Shown here: piece by piece, positions 60,062-64,000 of the stretch
Numbering within the stretch: the stretch's first letter is position 1
Layout of the letters: each line of letters starts with the position of its first letter
DNA from: Felis catus
Lineage: Eukaryota
Length of the DNA: 64,000 bases
Reading direction: 5' to 3'
NCBI RefSeq assembly: GCF_018350175.1
Contig: NC_058368.1
Span: 150,600,001 to 150,664,000, forward strand
Program-made: the position numbers and the translations under genes
The notes under the pieces: model-generated
The model's input: the letters and a program-made list of their open reading frames with translations, nothing else
Database searches by the model: none
What the model was told of the DNA's origin: nothing

Positions 60062-60600
60062 GGGGTGCCTGGGTGGCTCAGTTGGTTGAGGTTGAGTGTC
60101 CAACTCTTGATTTCAGCTCAGGTCATGATCCAAGGGTCGTGGGATTGAGCCTGGTGTCGGGCTCCACACTGAGCATGGAGCCTGATTAAGATTCTCTCTC
60201 TCCCTCAGTCCCTCTCCCCCACTTGTGTGCACTCTCTCTCTCTCTCTCTCTCTCTCAAACAAATAAATAAAAATAAAATAAATAAAAATAAATAAATAAA
60301 AGATAAGTAAATAAAAATAAAAAATTCTCTTTAGGGATGCCTGGGTGACTCAGTGTCTGACTTTTGCTCAGGTCATCCATCATCTCATGGTTCGTGAGTT
60401 CCAACCCCACATTGGGCTCGCTACTATCAGTGCAGAGCCAGCCTCGGATCGTCTGGCCCCCTCTCTCTCTGCCCCTACCCCTCTCATGCTCATGCTCTCT
60501 CAAAAATGAATAAACATTTATTTTATTTTCTAAAGTATAATTTATTGTCAAATTGGCTAACATACAGTGTGGAATAAACACTTATTTTTTAAAAATCTTT
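60062..60600 (+). mobile_element. Two head-to-tail Can-SINEs (starting 60062 and 60334) plus a tiny antisense L1 3' end
   Basis: Two SINE heads; L1 tail at 60525-60571. Confidence 0.88.
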
Positions 60601-62167
60601 AAAAAAATGTTGGTGAAGAATGCAATATTTTTAAAGATGGTAACAAGCCACTTCACCTTTTTCTAAGACATTCATAAATGTTCCATTATAGTACTAATAA
60701 GTAACAAATAAAAGGTTCAATGGAAGACGGCATTCTTAAATGTAGTACTCTTCCTTAACTGTATTTTCTGACATTACAGAAAATACCCCTATAGATCTAT
60801 ATCCAAAGAAGCTATTAATTACAACTAATAAATTTGTATTTAGCATTTATAGATCATCAACTTCAAACCAATTCCTACCCATCCCTCAATATTCACTTCC
60901 CTTATAAAACCTTCCTTGTTAAAAAAAACAAAAACAAAAAAAAAAAAAAAAAAAAAACAAAACCATATACATGACTCCAAAACAGACTTTATCATGCTCA
61001 ACTGTGACTAACAATTTATGGATCTCTTCTCCAATGAAACTACTCATCTCATTTCTTGAGCCCTAACCCAACTCCCCGGAAAGTGCCTAACACGGCAGGT
61101 TTTCAATATATATTGAATACTACCTTTTAGATGAAATAAAAGGATAAAGCATAAATTTGCCTACTGTCCTTCACTACATTCAATTCCTATGTGCCAAGCA
61201 CTAAACTTTAGCATAAAAAAGAAAATTATTCACTTTAAGATCAAAAGACAATACACTGTATCTCAGAGAAAGTAGTCTATTTCTATAAGATAATACTCTC
61301 AATTTAATGCAATTTAAGTCTGTGTTACAAATACTTTCTTTTAAACAAACTAAGAACGACAACTTTGGTAAGTACACTAATAAAACATCATCAAAACAAA
61401 TTTAAAATAAAAATTTTAGCTTAACTCTAAATTTTAAGCCCCACACAAAAGCCAAGAAAATTTAAGGTGTACTCCTAATGGTAACTGTTGGAAAGATGCA
61501 CTTACTGTAAATATTTTAATGTACTGAATAATTAACCATACTAGAATCAAAGAACTTGGCTGTCACTAATAACAGATGAGCTAGCTCTCTCTGGGACTCA
61601 CTCTTATCTACAAAAGATAGGAGTTGGCAAATGATCTCCAAGTTCTTAAAAGATCTTATTGTTGATGATTGCAGTTATTTTAAATAAACACAATGGATTA
61701 CTGGCATTCACACACCTACCATTTCTAAACCATAGTCAAAGCCTGTGAAGTGTAGTTACTGCTGATAGGAACAATTATCCCTTCTTCATAAGGATTAAAT
61801 GAGCTAACATTTATAGGAGACCTGAAAGTAAATCAGAGCTCCAAGCTCTGATGTAAAGGAGTATACCTAGCCCACTGCCCAGCATTCTCCCCTCTGTTAG
61901 TGGTTTGCAGGAATTTCTCTCAGGAGACTTGTGAATACCAAGAGTTTTACAGTATTATTTTGTTTTGTTTTTTAAGTTTATCTCAGATACTTGGCCAATT
62001 CTACCTATTAAAGGATTCCTTTTCTTGATGATCTGAAATGTTCTTTTTCAGTGACTATCAAGAGAAAGAACTATGATGACCTTCAATACTTCTAATATGA
62101 TTGAGAAGCTCTCTATCAAAATCAAAAGTACTCAATAAATAACAGAATCTAGTTAGAAAACAGTTGT

Positions 62168-62195
62168 TTAAAGTTTATTTATTTACTTAATTTAT

Positions 62196-62237
<42 letters not shown>

Positions 62238-62260
62238 ACCAGGGGAGGGGGAGAGAGAGG

Positions 62261-62310
<50 letters not shown>

Positions 62311-62436
62311 CCCAAGCAGGCTCCATGCTGCCAGTTCAGGGCCCAATGAAGGACTCGATCTCACAAGCCATTAGATCAAGACCTGAGCCGAAATCAAGAG
62401 TCAGATACTTAACCAACTGAGCCACTGAGGTGCCCC
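62168..62436 (-). mobile_element. Can-SINE with expanded (GA)n
   Basis: tcccaagcaggctccatgctg...ttaaccaactgagccactgaggtgcccc. Confidence 0.92.
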
Positions 62437-64000
62437 AAAAATAGTGTTAGCCTTAACCAACTAATGTTTCAGTTAGTTATGATTTAACATTATAATGAAT
62501 GTTACCAAAGCTTTCTTATCTGTCCCTCCTGATTAGAAAACAGACTTAGTTTACAATTAATTCTAATTCTAGTTAGCATCTGACTCACCCAACCAACAAA
62601 GCTGTCTGGTAATAAATGATAAAGTGAAGCTTCACTGTCCTAATATTAATTAACCTAATACAGGGAAGGGAAAAGACAATAAGCAAAAATTTAAACTTAA
62701 GAAAATTCTACTAATAAATGTAAATATTAATAATGTAAAACTTTTCAGGAAAAAAAGTCATGGCTTCTCTTCTGAGCAAGACTATATTCAGAAACAAAAG
62801 ACATAAACATTCATATTTGAATACATATGCCCATAAATCACAAAGAATTGGAAACATTTTTAATCAATCATTTATACTGATCATAAAAATGACTAAAATC
62901 TTCTGAAATGATAAAAATACTTAACAAACATAATGAACTTAATGAAGTCATGATGGAGCAGAATCCTCCAATATGACTTTTTCTTTTAGGAAAAAAAAAA
63001 AAGCAGGAAGTGTGGCATTGCTTTGCTAGGTAAATCATTGTATTTGGGCAAACAGTGGCAATCAAATGGTGAAAGATAACAAAAATCAGCTAAGCACTGT
63101 GTAAAGGGCAGACACAGATAACTACATAAAAAAAATAAGCAATCAGATTAGTATTTCAAAAGGCGTCTACTACTTATCAAAAAGATAAAAGTATCATGTT
63201 TATTTAAAAAAAAAAAAAAAAAGCCATAGCCTACCATAGCCTTATAGTGCCTTATTTGTGACATCATATGATGGCAATCTATACTCATATATTTATAATA
63301 CAGAAAAGAACAGCTTGTTGAAGTTCTTTCTTCATAATTAATTTCTGGAGGAGAAAGGTCTCCCTTTCTCTCTCTAGTGTCTCTTATTATTTTCCATCTC
63401 ATCTCTTCTTCACAATCCAAACCTCTCTACTTCCAAGAATGTATTGCAAAGACTCATCAATATCATCCAGAGCTTCAACTTTTTTCCCTAAAAGACCTTT
63501 ATGATAAGTAAACAGTTATGATCAGCTGGAAGTAAGTAACATGGCAAGGTGACTTTTAAAAAAATCTACTGGTAGTAATAACCTTTATCATGTGCGTTGA
63601 CCATATGGTAGGGAATGCAAGGTACCCTATGATACTATGTTATTTGCAACTCAGGGAGAAAACTAAGTTCTAGCTATAAGCAACAGGTAGTCCAAGTGAA
63701 AGGATATGAGCAAGCCAATCCTTAGAAGGCCTCGGGAAAAGAAATGGGCTGAGACAGGCTTTTAGCACACTAGATACTTAACAATGACAAGAAATTCCAA
63801 TTCATCTCCAGTTCTCTAATTGCTCCTCACCTCATCAATGTTACTACAAGTCTATACTAGAGGCGCAATGGAAATTAATACTGTACAGAAGGAGTGCCTT
63901 AACTGGATGCAATTAAGGTGGAGAGAATATGAAGGACTGAATTCTTATTTTGAGTGAATGCAGCAATGTCAGACCTGTTTGCACTTGAATTAGGCTAATC

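Noticed and set aside
63290..63487. Purine-rich exon-like block in intron 1 (ttttag|GGAAAA...)
   Set aside because: Weak acceptor, the would-be donor reads atgagt rather than gtgagt, and the frame has an early stop

Overview
This is AT-rich mammalian genomic DNA, not microbial. The young tRNA-derived Can-SINEs (SINEC_Fc type) indicate a felid, probably cat lineage. The window holds coding exons 2-12 and the 3' UTR of TMEM161B on the minus strand. The exons I located by splice signal (104+84+98+157+152+61+141+114+175+97+278 = 1461 nt) join into one open frame ending in TGA at 2302-2304. Only the ATG-bearing exon 1 is missing; it lies beyond position 64000. Adding ATG gives 487 aa. The rest is intronic: about 20 Can-SINEs, MIR/L2/L1/HAL1 relics, DNA-transposon fossils (MER82, MER44, MER58, MER5) and solo LTRs. 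I see no evidence of a new multi-gene system. Points worth follow-up: (1) intron 5 is a 19.3-kb minor-spliceosome (U12-type GT-AG) intron whose acceptor also looks U2-compatible; (2) a MER82 fossil whose left end has escaped CpG decay; (3) a possible hAT/Tip100-like transposase fossil in intron 4 bracketed by splice sites; (4) several locally templated insertions; (5) inverted young SINE pairs in the pre-mRNA. Repeat-family names and protein identity come from recalled consensus sequences, not database searches.
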